This document shows, piece after piece, positions 11,443 through 23,200 of a stretch of 64,000 nt of DNA. The translations under genes were made by a program, and so were the position numbers. The notes beneath the pieces are model-generated. The model did not search any database and was not told the origin of the DNA. It worked only from the letters and a program-made list of their open reading frames with translations. The first letter of the stretch is position 1; every line of letters begins with the position of its first letter. This stretch comes from Heteronotia binoei (lineage: Eukaryota). Where the stretch lies: positions 30,442,001 to 30,506,000 of the forward strand of contig NC_083239.1 in assembly GCF_032191835.1 (NCBI RefSeq). Direction: 5' to 3'.

Positions 11443-11885
11443 TAGGGTTGTCAGATCAGACTCAAGAAATATCTGGGGACTTTGGGGGATGGAGCCAGGA
11501 GCAAAAGTGCGACATCACATTTAAAAGGGACGACACGCCTTTTAAATGCCTTAATTTGGAAATAATGAACAGGGGCACCTTCTTTTGGGGTGCATAGAAC
11601 TGGACACCCTGCTTTTTTTAAATTTGGGCTATGTTTTGGGGAGAGACACCAGATGCTGTGCTGAAAATTTGGTGTCTCTACCTCAAAAAACAGCCCCCCC
11701 AGAACCCCAGATTCCCATGGATCAATTCTCCTTTATACCCTATGGGGATTGATCTCCATAGAGAATAATGGAGCACGGCACCCAACAGACATTTCCCCCC
11801 CCCTTGCTTTCTGATGATCCTGAAGTGGGGGGAGGGCCTCCAAACCGGGGGATCCCCTGCACCCAACTGAGGATTAGCAGCGCTG
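11443..11885. mobile_element. hAT (TAGGGTTGCCA family, same as 318-821) inserted in the A-box of a tRNA-derived SINE
   Basis: Colinear with 318-821; TSD AGTGTGGT/AGTGCGGT; SINE resumes 'acagtggtt..ctggattcaaatccacactcag'. Confidence 0.8.
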
Positions 11886-12164
11886 AGTGCGGTACAGTGG
11901 TTGGGATATGAGACTAGTACAATAGATACCTGGATTCAAATCCACACTCAGTCACGAAGCTCATTGGGTAACTTTGGGCCAGTCAATCAGCCTAACCCCT
12001 TAATTTGGCAAGCCCAGACTGGGGACCACCCATCTGCGACAGGACCAGCGGGATAAGGGGACAGAAGTCAGTGAGACCAATGGGTGGTACCCAGAGCAGA
12101 GGTAAGAGGTAAAAGGGCAGAGCAAAGAGGTCAGTGTCAACAGAAAATACTAATTCATGTAGAG

Positions 12165-12302
12165 CAGGGGTGGCCAATGGTAGCTCTCCAGATGTTATTT
12201 TGCCTACAACTCCCATCAGCCCCAGCCATTGACCATGCTAGCTGGGGTCGATGGGTGAGTAGGCAAAAAAGACCTCTGGAGAGCTACCTTTGGCCACCCC
12301 TG
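12165..12302. mobile_element. hAT MITE, 138 bp
   Basis: TIR CAGGGGTGGCCAA; perfect TSD ATGTAGAG (12157-12164, 12303-12310). Confidence 0.9.
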
Positions 12303-13284
12303 ATGTAGAGTATGCTGCGTTCTGATTTTCTGCCTGAAGAGATAACAGAAGAGAAAGGAAAACAGAAAAGGCAGCCAAGGACAGTGTTTAGACAAGCTGC
12401 TTGGGAGTGTTTAGAGAAGATGCTTGTGAGATATATAAAAGACTGGGATGAAAAGTGGCTGCAAACCTCGTGATGTAAAGCTCTCAAGAGATTCAGGAGA
12501 GCAAATGCCTTTGGCTTTAAATGTGTTACACAGTTTAAAAACAGGCTCACACACACACCTTACCTGTCAAGAGCGGGGAGGGGGAGGGACTGGTCACACC
12601 AATGGAAAACTGACCGGTTGGCAACCCTAAACCCATCACACAGGGCTGTTGTGAGGACAAACGAGTCCATCATGCACCTTTCAAATTAGAGGTGAGCTGC
12701 AAGTTGTGTGCTTGAATTTCAGGCGCTCAATTAACATTGAGACATGAAATGGTCTACAGAAGAAGAATTATGCTTGTCACAACCTTGCTCCACCCCCCAA
12801 AGTCTCCTGGCTCCACCCCCAAAGTCCCCAGATATTTCTTGAATTGGACTTGGCAACCCTACTCCGTTGGTGCAGTTTTTGTAGCAAGGAGGAAGACAAA
12901 GAGTCATCAATCTCTATTCATTCTCTTCATACCCTTTGGTACTCTACAAGTCACGCCAGCGACTGGTACAGAGCGTGAAAAAGTGTGTCATTCCTAACAA
13001 GTGCAAACATAACATCGCTCAAAAAAAATTCCCAGCACCCATCTAAAGCAAAACACTGCTGCACAGAAGTAAACAGTAGTGTCATCTCATCCCTTTCCCC
13101 AAAGGTGAGGCAGGGAAGAGGAGATAGGAGAATTCATCTGCTGGATGGTTGTCCTTTCCTGTTTCACAAGGAAGGAGTCAAGTACACCTTTAAGACCAAC
13201 AAAGTTTTATTCAGAACTTAAGCTTTCATGTGTTCCAGGCTTCAGAGCAACATAGCTGCCCACTTGGATCTGTTCCACAAGGAT

Positions 13285-13523
13285 TAGAGATGCCAGCCTC
13301 CTGGTGGGACCCCTAGAATTACAGCTCTTCTCCAGACTACAGAGATCAATTCCCCTGGAGAAAATGGATGCTTTGGAGGGTGGACTCTATGGCATTTTCC
13401 CCCACTTAGGGCCCCTGTCCTCCCGAGGCTTCACCCCAAATCTCCAGAAGTTTCCCAACCTGGATTTGACAGCCCCACACCCTCCATCCTCTGCTGATAG
13501 TCAGGGGGGACATGGCAACCCCA
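13285..13523. mobile_element. Short TAGGGTTGCCA-family hAT MITE
   Basis: Core 'ctccagactacagagatcaattcccctggagaaaatggatgctttggagg'; related copies at 15115, 36688, 44160, 48692. Confidence 0.7.
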
Positions 13524-15114
13524 CATCTGCCGACAAGAACTTATGGTACCCAGATGACCGAGAGAGCTCAACAGGTTTTTCCAGAGGGTCTCATCATCAC
13601 AAAGAAAGGATCCCCAGGTGGGGAGAGCATAAGACGGAGAAAACCTCCTTACCTTTGCAGAAAGAGAAGGACTCTGGAGGCACCACAGGACCAGCTACAA
13701 GATAAGCACTGGAAAATCCCAGGCATCTTTCTCGACAACGTGGGATTCATTTCCCAAGAGTAAGCAGCCGGAAGGAGCTATGGGGAAAGAGGGAGTGGGG
13801 CTCTCAGGTAAGTGACTCACTGCCTGGCAGGCTCTTCAGCCGGTTTCGGCGTTAAGACTTCAGTCTCCTTCCATGGCAGATGCTTCACCTTCCAGGCAAG
13901 AGGCCAAAAATATTTTGTGCTCGCTTCCTCCAACAGCAAGAAATCCTAATAGCAGCACTTCTGGGTTGGGTTTCCTCTGGGCAAGAATTCCTGCATAAGA
14001 CCTCCTTGGCTTTATTTAGAAACATCCCTGCCTGCACATATCCGTAGCCAGGATTTCAAGTTTAGTGGGGCACATAGCCAGGGTTTTTCTTTTGTTGTTT
14101 TGGAGAGGCCAGTGGATTGCCTCGTTTGGTGGCCCCAGCCAGGCTCTCAAGGCAATGGAAGGCAGGGAGGGAGGTGGCACTTGCCAGCCGCGACTGGAGG
14201 TAGACAGGGAGGGAGGGAAGCCAAGCTGTTGCGCAGCCCAAGGCCACCCAGCAAGCTTCTGACCTCCCCCAAAAAAGTCCGTAGGGAGGATTTCCCGGCC
14301 ACAGAATGCTCCAGCCAAGGATGCTTCAGCCGCAATTGGATTGATCTCTGATGTTCCACTGGACTTGAACCCGGCTGCTCTAGTTTTTGTCCTCTTTGTC
14401 CTTTGCCTGAGTCTCAGTGAGAAAGGTGGACTGTATCCTCCATCTGAAAGCTCTTCTAATTGAGGACAGTGTCCTTGAAGCTGCTGAAGACTGAAGGGCC
14501 CTAAATAAGCAAGGGAGAAGCAGGGGCTGCTCCAATGAGCCCAGGTCTGCCCCCCAAGCAAACCATCATCCCAACTGTGATCAGCCCCTCTAGGAATCTT
14601 GCTGCTGCACTGCAGACTTGCTGAGTCCAGGGGCTGCTCACTACCTGTTTCTGGGAGAGGAGAGCAGGAGAGAGCCATGGCCTGGAAGGAAGCCCAGGCT
14701 CCAGGCCCCCACCCACTGGCAAAGTGCAGCTCCAGCGGGTGAGACAATGGAACTGGCCATGGGCTCGATCCATCAAGCCCTACTGTGAAGCAGCACAAGG
14801 TGCCCACTGGCCTCCATGGCCACCACCTCCTCCCCCCCCCCCCAGGCTTCTCTCCGAGCCCTCTCACTTGGGTAAGCCTGAGGCAAGGAGGAGAGGGCTT
14901 CTCAGCTGCAGTGGAAGTTGGGGGTGGTAAGTAGTGGGGCCAGGATCCTGGCTTTGGTGTTTAAATAGTAGGGCTTGGGACCCTGTGGGCCCCACCTGAG
15001 CTACAGGGGGTGATCCACAAAGTGAGGCCTCTGAACCTCAAGATTTACGAATTAAAAGTGCTTCATTACAGCTCAGGGGACCTGGGTTCAAATTCCCACT
15101 CAGTCATGGAGCTC

Positions 15115-15345
15115 TAGGGTCGCCAGGTCCTCCATGGCCAGTGGCGGGGAATAGAGGGGTAGGGTTGCCAGATTCAGGTTGGGAAACTCCTGGGGATCTG
15201 GGGGGTGGGGCCTGGGGAGGAGAGGGACTTCAGTGAGCCTACTCTCCAAAGCATCCATTTTATCCAGGGGACTGATCTCTGTAGTCTGGAGATGAGCTGT
15301 AATTCCAGGGGGTCCCCAGGTCCCACCTGTAGATTGGCATGCCTA
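15115..15345. mobile_element. TAGGGTTGCCA-family MITE (two left TIRs), inserted just after the B-box of a tRNA SINE
   Basis: tagggtcgcca at 15115, tagggttgcca at about 15160, right end tggcatgccta; preceded by 'gacctgggttcaaattcccactcag'. Confidence 0.65.
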
Positions 15346-15451
15346 TGAGCCAGTCCCTAACCCCTCTTGTAAGACAGGTAGCTCTGCTGTAGCACAATCC
15401 TGAGAACATTTTCCTGGAAACAAACCCAACTAAATAGACTGAATTCTGGTG

Positions 15452-15650
15452 GGTAGCCATGTTGGCCTGAAGCAGCAGAACAGTTTGTATCCAGCGACAC
15501 CTTTAAGGCCAACAAAGTTTAATTTTGGGTATAAGCTTTCATGTGCATGCACACTTCTTCAGATACATACACTTCTTGTATGATACATGCAGATATATAC
15601 AGATACGTATGTATCTGAAGAAGTGTGCATGCACATGAATCTTATTTTCA
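15452..15650. mobile_element. Penelope-like element fragments, inverted pair
   Basis: 'cacctttaaggccaacaaagtttaattttgggtataagctttcatgtgcatgcacacttcttcagatac' followed by its inverted partial copy at 15611-15645. Confidence 0.65.
15529..15566 (-). ncRNA. Minimal type-I hammerhead ribozyme motif (Penelope-associated variant)
   Basis: Minus strand GUAU CUGAAGA A GUGUG CAUG CACAU GAAA GCUU AUAC: stem I GUAU/AUAC, core CUGANGA and GAAA, stem II, AGCU palindrome as stem III; activity not shown. Confidence 0.65.
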
Positions 15651-16941
15651 TAGTTTACATAATGCACTGGAGAACTGTGGTTTTAAGGGGGTGGATGGGA
15701 ATAACTGTTCAGCTGTACTAGAGCCCTGTGGGAAAACGGAGGAGGACAAGACACCACTCGCCTTTCGAGCAGTATCAGTTCCCCAAAAGCAAACAGCATG
15801 TCAACAAGCCCCTGTCCCAAAGCTCTGCCTTGTCAACCGCTTGCAAAGCTCAGTAGACTCTTGCTCATATGGCTGCTTTCCACCCCCCAATCATATCATC
15901 CAGCCCCTTCCTGAGTAGGTGAGATGTACTTAGTAGCTGTTAGCCCCACCCATCTGGTTGCACCGGTACCTGTTTCAGTAAGCATCTTCTCACCATCTTT
16001 AGCTATTCAACAGATCCAGGAACCTGGCGGAGAACTTCATTTCATGTTGCACAAATCTCAGTAAAAAATACATTTTCTTTGATTTTACCAATCATCATAG
16101 TTTTGTTTCTGGGTATTTTGGCAAGACTTAAATCTATTGTGTAAGTGGGCAATTGACTTATTTTTAGAGGCAAACAGGAAATAACCCTTCAGAACTTTAG
16201 ACCTGTACATTCACTCCATTTTCTGCAACAAAAACAAACAAACCAACCCAAACATGGATGCTATAAAGCAGCCACCTCCCAGCTACTGCCTTCAAGGTTT
16301 GAAGGAGAAGAGGTGGCAGCCAGGCACTCTTCCCGCATGCTCCGATCCCATTCCAGCTAGCAGCCCTTTTTCTTCCTTTATCAGCTGCTATTATAGACCA
16401 AAAGGAGCAGAGGAGGCAGCCTGGATCACACTCTAGCCAAGAGCCTCTCCCCTTTCTGCTGCCCTAGCTGCCATCCAGGCCTGAAGGAGAAGAGGTGGCA
16501 GCCAGGAACTCTCCTAGAGTACCTGAATCCCATTCCAGCTAATAGCCCTTCTTGTTCCTACTATCAGCTGCCATCACATACCAGGAGAAGAAGTGGCAGA
16601 CTGGATCCACCTGTCCATCAGCTGCCAGCTGCTATAGCTGAGGGGCAGAACGAGAAGCAGTCAGGCATCATATTTAAAACAGGGCAGCTTCCAAGTATTC
16701 TCCTAAGTCAACTATTTCTGTTTGCTTATCCATACTGGCCAACAAGTACATGCCAACATCTCTGAGTGGCACCCACTTCTCTTGTTCATCTGCCTTCTTT
16801 CCTGCATGGCAACTGCTGATTCTAGAGCCGAAGGGGAGGGGTCAGCTCTAGAACCACTCCTGCCTACTCAGCTGGGGGAGGAAGCAGCCAGGAGCTTTAC
16901 CTGTAGCAATACAGGTAAAAAAACCAGTTGAATATCCCTGG

Positions 16942-17395
16942 GAGAAGGCCCGATCCCGGGTGGCCAGAGAAGGCCCGATCCCGGGTGGCCAGACTGAAGG
17001 CCACCCGGGATCGGGCCTTCTCTGTCGCCGCTCCATTATTGTGGAACCAACTCCCCAAGGAGGTGAGGGCCCTAAGATGTTTAGATCGATTCCGTAGGGC
17101 CTGTAAGACCCACCTTTTCAAGATGGCCTTCAACTAGTGATAGAATTAGTAACAAAGCTAGGTATGCTGCTGGAAATGTTTTTATTATCTGATGTTTACT
17201 AAAAATCTAATGTTTATAACGCCATATTGTTATGTTAATTTTAATAATTTATAACTGTTTTAACCATGTTTTTTATAATGTAAAATCGATGTAATGTGTA
17301 TTTTTATGCTGTGAGCCGCCCTGAGCCTGCTCCGGCGGGGAGGGCGGGATAGAAATAAAAAATTATTATTATAATTATTATTATAATAGCATCGC
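16942..17395 (+). mobile_element. Young L2 LINE 3' end with fold-back 5' structure
   Basis: ORF2 C-terminus TRDRAFSVAAPLLWNQLP...KTHLFKMAFN*; 3' end 'gtgagccgccctgag..gggcgggatagaaataaa' plus (ATT)n; many CpGs retained. Confidence 0.85.
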
Positions 17396-17728
17396 AGCCA
17401 GAAGAAAGTAATGAGGGGCAGTTCTTTGAAAGGGACCTGCCGATGCCATTCAGAGGGAGAACAAGGGGTGCTCACTGCCACTGTGTAAGCAGCAAGCCCT
17501 TCTAAGGCACAGGGTCTTGGCAGTGACCTCCCAGCCCATATCTGGGCCTCCAAAGTTCTAAAGGGGTGGGAACGCAGCCATACGAGACCATTTGGTGCTT
17601 AACGATGTTTAGTTTCCCTCTGACACTTCCCCAAGCACATGCTATATATGGACTGTGGAAGCTAGGCCAAGGGGAACGGGCTTGCCTTGGTACAAATCCA
17701 TAATGTTGTAACCGCACTCTTTACATGC

Positions 17729-17798
17729 TGAGTCATTTCATTTGCACAGTTGAGATGGGATTTCCAGAGACAGCTTTATGCGATTGCGCAACTGAAAA
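17729..17798. promoter_or_regulatory. Candidate inflammatory enhancer (AP-1/IRF composite, NF-kB, C/EBP)
   Basis: TGAGTCATTTC 17729-17739, GGGATTTCC 17757-17765, ATTGCGCAA 17783-17791, in sequence not recognised as a repeat. Confidence 0.45.
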
Positions 17799-18105
17799 AC
17801 ACCAGAGGGAGAGATCTGGCAGGCCGTCACAACCCAAACCTTGCCGCCTTCTACTCGTTAGCAACTCCAAGGCTGTGGGTGAAGCACGTTTTCACTCCTT
17901 ACTGCCTTAAGAGCTTTTCACAGGAAACTGGAGGGAAATGTAAGGAATCTGATAACACTACTACTAAATGTTATTCTGCCACCCGACAATACTAGGGCTG
18001 CACAAACCCAAGAGCCCTGCTGGACCAGACAAATGATCCATTTAGTCCAGCATCTGGTTCCATACAGCAGGCCAACCAAATTTATTCCCCACTTTTCTCC
18101 CCAAT

Positions 18106-18327
18106 GGCAAGCTGCAGTACTGCAGTCCAAGCTCTGCTCACAACCTGAGTTCGATCCCGGTGGAAGCTGGGTTCAAGTAGCCGGCTCAAGGTTGACTCAG
18201 CCTTCCAAGTGGAGATGACTGCGGAAGGCACTGGCAAACCACCCCATAAAAAGTCTGCGTCATGATGTGATGTCACCCCATGGGTTGGTAACATCTCTGT
18301 GCCTGCACAGGGGACTATCTTTTACTG
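18106..18327 (+). mobile_element. Sauria (Squam1-type) SINE
   Basis: 'gctgcagtactgcagtccaagctctgctc..gcacaggggacta'; TSD TTCTCCCCAAT/TTCTCACCAAT. Confidence 0.85.
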
Positions 18328-18809
18328 TTCTCACCAATAGGGACTCAAAGCAGCTTACACAATTCTCCTCTCCTTGGTTTTATCCTAACAACACTGTGAG
18401 GTAGGCAGGGCTGAGTGTCTGACAGGCCCAAGATCACCCACCAAGCTTCCATTGCAGGGTAGGGATTCAAGATCGTGCTCTGACACTGTAACCACTATAT
18501 TACATTGTCCAGAAAGCAGGGACACATGGGCCAGAGCCTGTTTCCCCTTGCAGCTGGTTCCCTCCCCCAGCACTTCGTAGAGTTCTGTTGCCTTAATATG
18601 GATGGTTCGCAGATCACACACACTGGGGGATGCACTTATTTCACGTCAGTCGGGCCTGCATTTTTAGCGATTTGCAAAATGTTTCAGAATGAGACTCATG
18701 GGAACAACTCCTGTTTAGAGACAATGTAGGTAACACCATGAAAATGGCTCATAATTTATAAGGGGAAAATGAAAAGCCACCCCTTACCAGACCAAGAGGG
18801 AGACAAAAC

Positions 18810-18982
18810 AGCATGGCATAGCCAAATCTCATCAGATATTGGAAGCTAAGGAGAATCAGTACTTGAAAGGGGGACCACCAAGAAAGACTCTGCAGAGGAA
18901 GGCAATGGCAAACTACTTCTTCTCACTTGCTTTGAAATCCCCTTGCTGGGGCCACTTTAAGTCATACGTGACTTGGCGGCAG
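18810..18982 (+). mobile_element. 5S rRNA-headed SINE, degenerate
   Basis: 'atctcatcagatattggaagctaag' head and 'ggcaatggcaaactac' tail. Confidence 0.65.
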
Positions 18983-19518
18983 TACAGCAGACCAAGAGGG
19001 CAAGAAACGGTTCCTGAACATCTCTGCTCCACTTGCTTTAAAGCATCCCCAAATCTCCCTAAACCATTAATATGGGACATCTGCACTGCAACCTGTTGGT
19101 GAAGGAGGCTAACTACTGAGTTTTAGAGGGAGCTAGCTACCCCACAAATGCACAAGTGCCTCTACTGCAGCTACTCACAGATTTGCCCTCCTGCATCTCC
19201 ACTGTAGGCTTAGTGCAGAAAAAGCACTCAGCAGTGCAGCCGACACAGCCCCACATTATGCACAGCTTCCAGAAATGAAGGCACGGATGCATTAAAAGCT
19301 CCGCCGCTGGGCATTCTTCGCTAAACACACTTTCCTTGACCAGGCAGGAGCTTTGAATGACTCCCCTGCACCTGCTGCATGGAAGTCAGGCAGCCGCAGC
19401 CTGGCTCAATAATGTCCACAAGGCGGGCTCTAATGCAGCTCACAAACAGCACCAACAGTCATGATGCTGTTTCTCACGACTGACCGAAAAACGAGACTCA
19501 AAACGTTTTGGGTAAAAA

Positions 19519-19524
19519 TTTATT
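19519..19524 (-). terminator. DNAJC8: DNAJC8 polyadenylation signal AATAAA
   Basis: TTTATT on plus strand about 640 nt downstream of the stop codon. Confidence 0.65.
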
Positions 19525-20166
19525 TTACATACAGAACATTGCCACTAACTGAATAGTCAATGAGAGAATATTCTTCATTATTTACAGAAGTTGACTGGCC
19601 CATTAAGCTTACTAGACCACTCCCCCCCCCCCCAAAAAAAAAAAAAAAATCTGTGATCCTGGAAAACAGGAGTTGCCAGCTAGGAATCAGAGCCAGGGGA
19701 TAATTTCAGCTCCATGCAGCTGAGTCGCGTCAAGCTGTACGTCTGATTCCAAGCTCAATTCCTCACTATTGACAATGTAGAAGACAAGTTGATGACCGAC
19801 TTAGGGTGAGCAAAGGGGTCACCAAGACACCATCTTTCAGCATCTGCCTCAGTCCTACAAATTAAGGCAGATGCAGCAAATATTCCTGGAAGTACAGAAC
19901 ATTAAATTACAGGACTATAGGAAAATGCGATGGGCAGTTAATGGCAGGGTCTTCCTATGTAAGCCAAGTGTTCTAAGATCAGCTGGGCCCTGGACAGCAC
20001 ACTGTGAACCTCAGGCAAATGGGCAGGGTACAGAAAACAAAACAAAAAATTTACTTTGACCAAGATTCAATCGTACTGGAAAACAAAAGGTCCTACTGGA
20101 AAAGCAAGAAAGGGTTAAATGTGGGAGTACGGGAGAGTCCTTTCAGAGCCTGGGGGGAAAACAGGC

Positions 20167-20289
20167 TCATTCACGCTGCTCCATCTTCACTTTCGGGGGC
20201 CTCAAAAAGGTCCTGTTTTTCTTCTCTTTCTTCCCTTTCGTATTCGCCTGGAAGTTCCTCCAGCTGTCAACACGGCCATCTCGACTCTC
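20167..20289 (-). CDS. DNAJC8: DNAJC8 exon 9
   Basis: ESRDGRVDSWRNFQANTKGKKEKKNRTFLRPPKVKMEQRE*. Confidence 0.97.
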   Translation of the reverse strand, partial: ESRDGRVDSWRNFQANTKGKKEKKNRTFLRPPKVKMEQRE

Positions 20290-23200
20290 CTAGATGCAAA
20301 GCAGACAAGAGGAGGGATAATGTTACTGGAGTTAGGAGACCTGAATTTTCATTTCCGGCATTCATCCAACAGGAAATTTGTTCTAAGAATCCTTTCTGAA
20401 GATATGAGACAAAGCAGTCAGCACACAGAGAAGTGCTTTGGGTCACAGCAAGGGCTAGTTAGTCACAGACTTTACAGTCTGCTTTACAGTAACAACTAGA
20501 AGCAAAGATAAGGCATAATCGTGAAACAATAACTATACAGCAACATAAACAGCTGTACCGACATCAATTTATGCCACAAAGAGCTACAACAAAAAATTAG
20601 TTGACCAATTCTTAAAATGCTCTGTGCCTCCAATTAGCTCATTCTTGATATAACTTTATTGGACCATGAGTGAACGAGGAGTTGCACCTCATTAACGTTT
20701 TCCAGTTGAACGTATAGTTGTTCCCATTGCACAAGTTGTTTCATGGTTATTCCTTACACTTGTTTCTACTTCTTTCCCTGACACTCTGTTGTTATATTTT
20801 ACAGGGGTGGCCAAACTGCGGCTCGGGAGCCGCATGTGGCTCTTTTGCACATATCGTGTGGCTCTCAAAGCCCTCACCATCCCGTCAGCCGGCTTGGAGA
20901 ATACATTTAAAGTCGCTTTCTTTCTACCTCTCCCCCCATCTAGTTTCCTTCCTTCTGGCTCTCAAACATCCGACATTCATGTCTTGCGGCTCTCAAACAT
21001 CTGACGTTTATTCTGCATGGCTCTTATGTTAAGCAAGTTTGGTCACCCCTGCTTTACAGTAACAACTGGCAGACTGGCTGAAACAAAACAAGAACATCCA
21101 TCTATAAATCATTTGGCCTGACTCAGATGACCCAGGCTTCCTGGATCTCATATCTTGGAAATTAAGCAGGGTCGGCCCTGGTTAGTGTTTGGAGGCAGAT
21201 CACCAAGGAAATCCAGGGTGCTACGCGGAGGCAGGCTATGGCAAATCACCTGTTTGTCTTTTGCCTTGAAAACCCTGCGGGGTCGCCATAAATTGGCTGT
21301 GACTTCAGGGCACATTCCATCACCACCATAAACCACACGCTTTCCCTTCTGTGTCTCCTGTCCCAAATTGATCACACCAAACATTTAGGTTCCTGCTACA
21401 ATCTTCTGCCTTTTGCAGCAATTATGGCCTTTGCAGTCTGATCCTACTTCATCCAAATCTTTTCATTTCAACCCAACCACCCCCTACCGCTGCTTCTTTT
21501 CCTGAAGAAAGCATCGATCACAAGTTTTTTCCCCTTGCCTTCACATGGAAAGCAGTGGTTCTCAGGGCTCTTCTGCTTAGGGATAAGCGAATGGTCTCTG
21601 ATATCAGGCTGCTCAGGTTGTCTGATGTGAACTATAGACATCTATTGTTGCAACTGGGGCATCTTACACACCCAAGATTTCTTGCTCCCATCACACAGAT
21701 AGCCAGAACAGTACATGCTCTCTAGAATGCTAGGCTGACGCATGCAAGTAAAATCAATGCAATTCCCACTGGGATAGATTCTAAAGGAAGGACTTTTCAG
21801 TGAGTGTACATATACTTTGTGTATATATCTATCATCTCCAGTTAAATGGGGATGGACTATGGCATGCAGAAGGTCCCAGGTTCAATCCCTGGCATCTCCA
21901 GTTTCTTAAAAAATCAGGTACGTGCCCTGACTTGGATGCCTGGGCTAGCCCGATCTCGGAAGCTAAGCAGAACTGGCCCTGGCAAGTATCTGGATACCTC
22001 CAAGGAATATCAGGGCTGGGATGCAGAGACAGGCCATGGCAACTAACCTCTGTTAATCTCTTCCCTCAAAAACCCTGCGAGATCACCATAAGTCGGCTGT
22101 GACTTGATGGCACTTTCCACCACAGTATGTGACTGAAAGACTGCTGCTATCTGAGCCTCTCGGGTCTGAGCAGACAATACTGAACTTGATTTAAGTCATC
22201 TTCATGTGTTCAAAGGGTAACAGGACTGCGAAAGACTTTCATCTGTGACCCCAGGGAGAGACTACCAGCCAGAGCAGACAAGACTGAGCCAGACAGACTA
22301 GTGGTCTGACTTGGCTTAAGGCACCCTCAAATGTTCTTAGCTTCTCCTGATCAGAAGTTCTGCTTACTCAAAAATGCTCAAAAAATGTGCCTGAGCAGAG
22401 CCAAAGGTCAGTAATGGAACACATGCTTTGAGTGCACAATGTTCTATGTTCAGTCCCTGACATCTCAGGTGCTCGGATGGGAAAAGGTCTTGAGACCTGG
22501 GCAGAGAAGCTGTAGGATAAAGACTATTTCACATCCTTTTACAAGGCACATGCTCACAGGACTCAAAAACAAAAGAAGCCACAGAAGGATCTTCCTAGAC
22601 CTCCAGAAGGCATCCTTGAAGAAGGGCCTTAGTCAGTTGCTGGGGAATGCTTCGTGGTGCCATCCCAAGTTTATTTGATCAGAAGGAACCCCGCTGACTT
22701 TGATGGGATTTGCTCTTTAGCTAAACAAGCTTTAAAATTTGAACCTTAAACTGTCAAGGTTTATTGGAAAGAACAAGAAGAGCTGTGTGGGACCAATTAC
22801 CTCAAAGTTCTTCTGCCACTCTCGCTCACGCTTGGCTTTCTCTTGTGCCTCAATCTCCTCTTCTCTCTGCCGCTTCCTAGAACAGAAGCCAGGGAAGAAA
22901 CGTTAACATTACCTTCCTCGAGAACAAAACAGGACTGAGGGATGCAGAATGCTAGACACCTAAGCTTAGCCAAGGGCTGGTTTTAAGGATCAGCTGCGGC
23001 TCCTGCAAGGGAGATAGGAAAAAAATTCAGGAGATTAATTAGATGTCCCCTTTAACGAAAAGAGACAGGAAGAACTGGGGAGAACTGATCTTCATGATCT
23101 TCCCTGCTATAGCCAAACTTCCTCCCACCTTCCGATTTTTACTGTGTTCTTTTGAAACAGAAGCAGCATCTTCCCTATTGCCTTATTAAAATTTTCAACA

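Noticed and set aside
19622-19649. C12-A16 tract (U16-G12 in the DNAJC8 3' UTR)
   Set aside because: Simple homopolymers with no evidence of function; lengths are unreliable in assemblies
20004-20499. 131-aa and 126-aa plus-strand ORFs
   Set aside because: Antisense shadows of DNAJC8 exon 9
22909-22913. Donor-like AG|GTAAT upstream of DNAJC8 exon 8
   Set aside because: Would give a 36-nt intron; lies in the branch-point region
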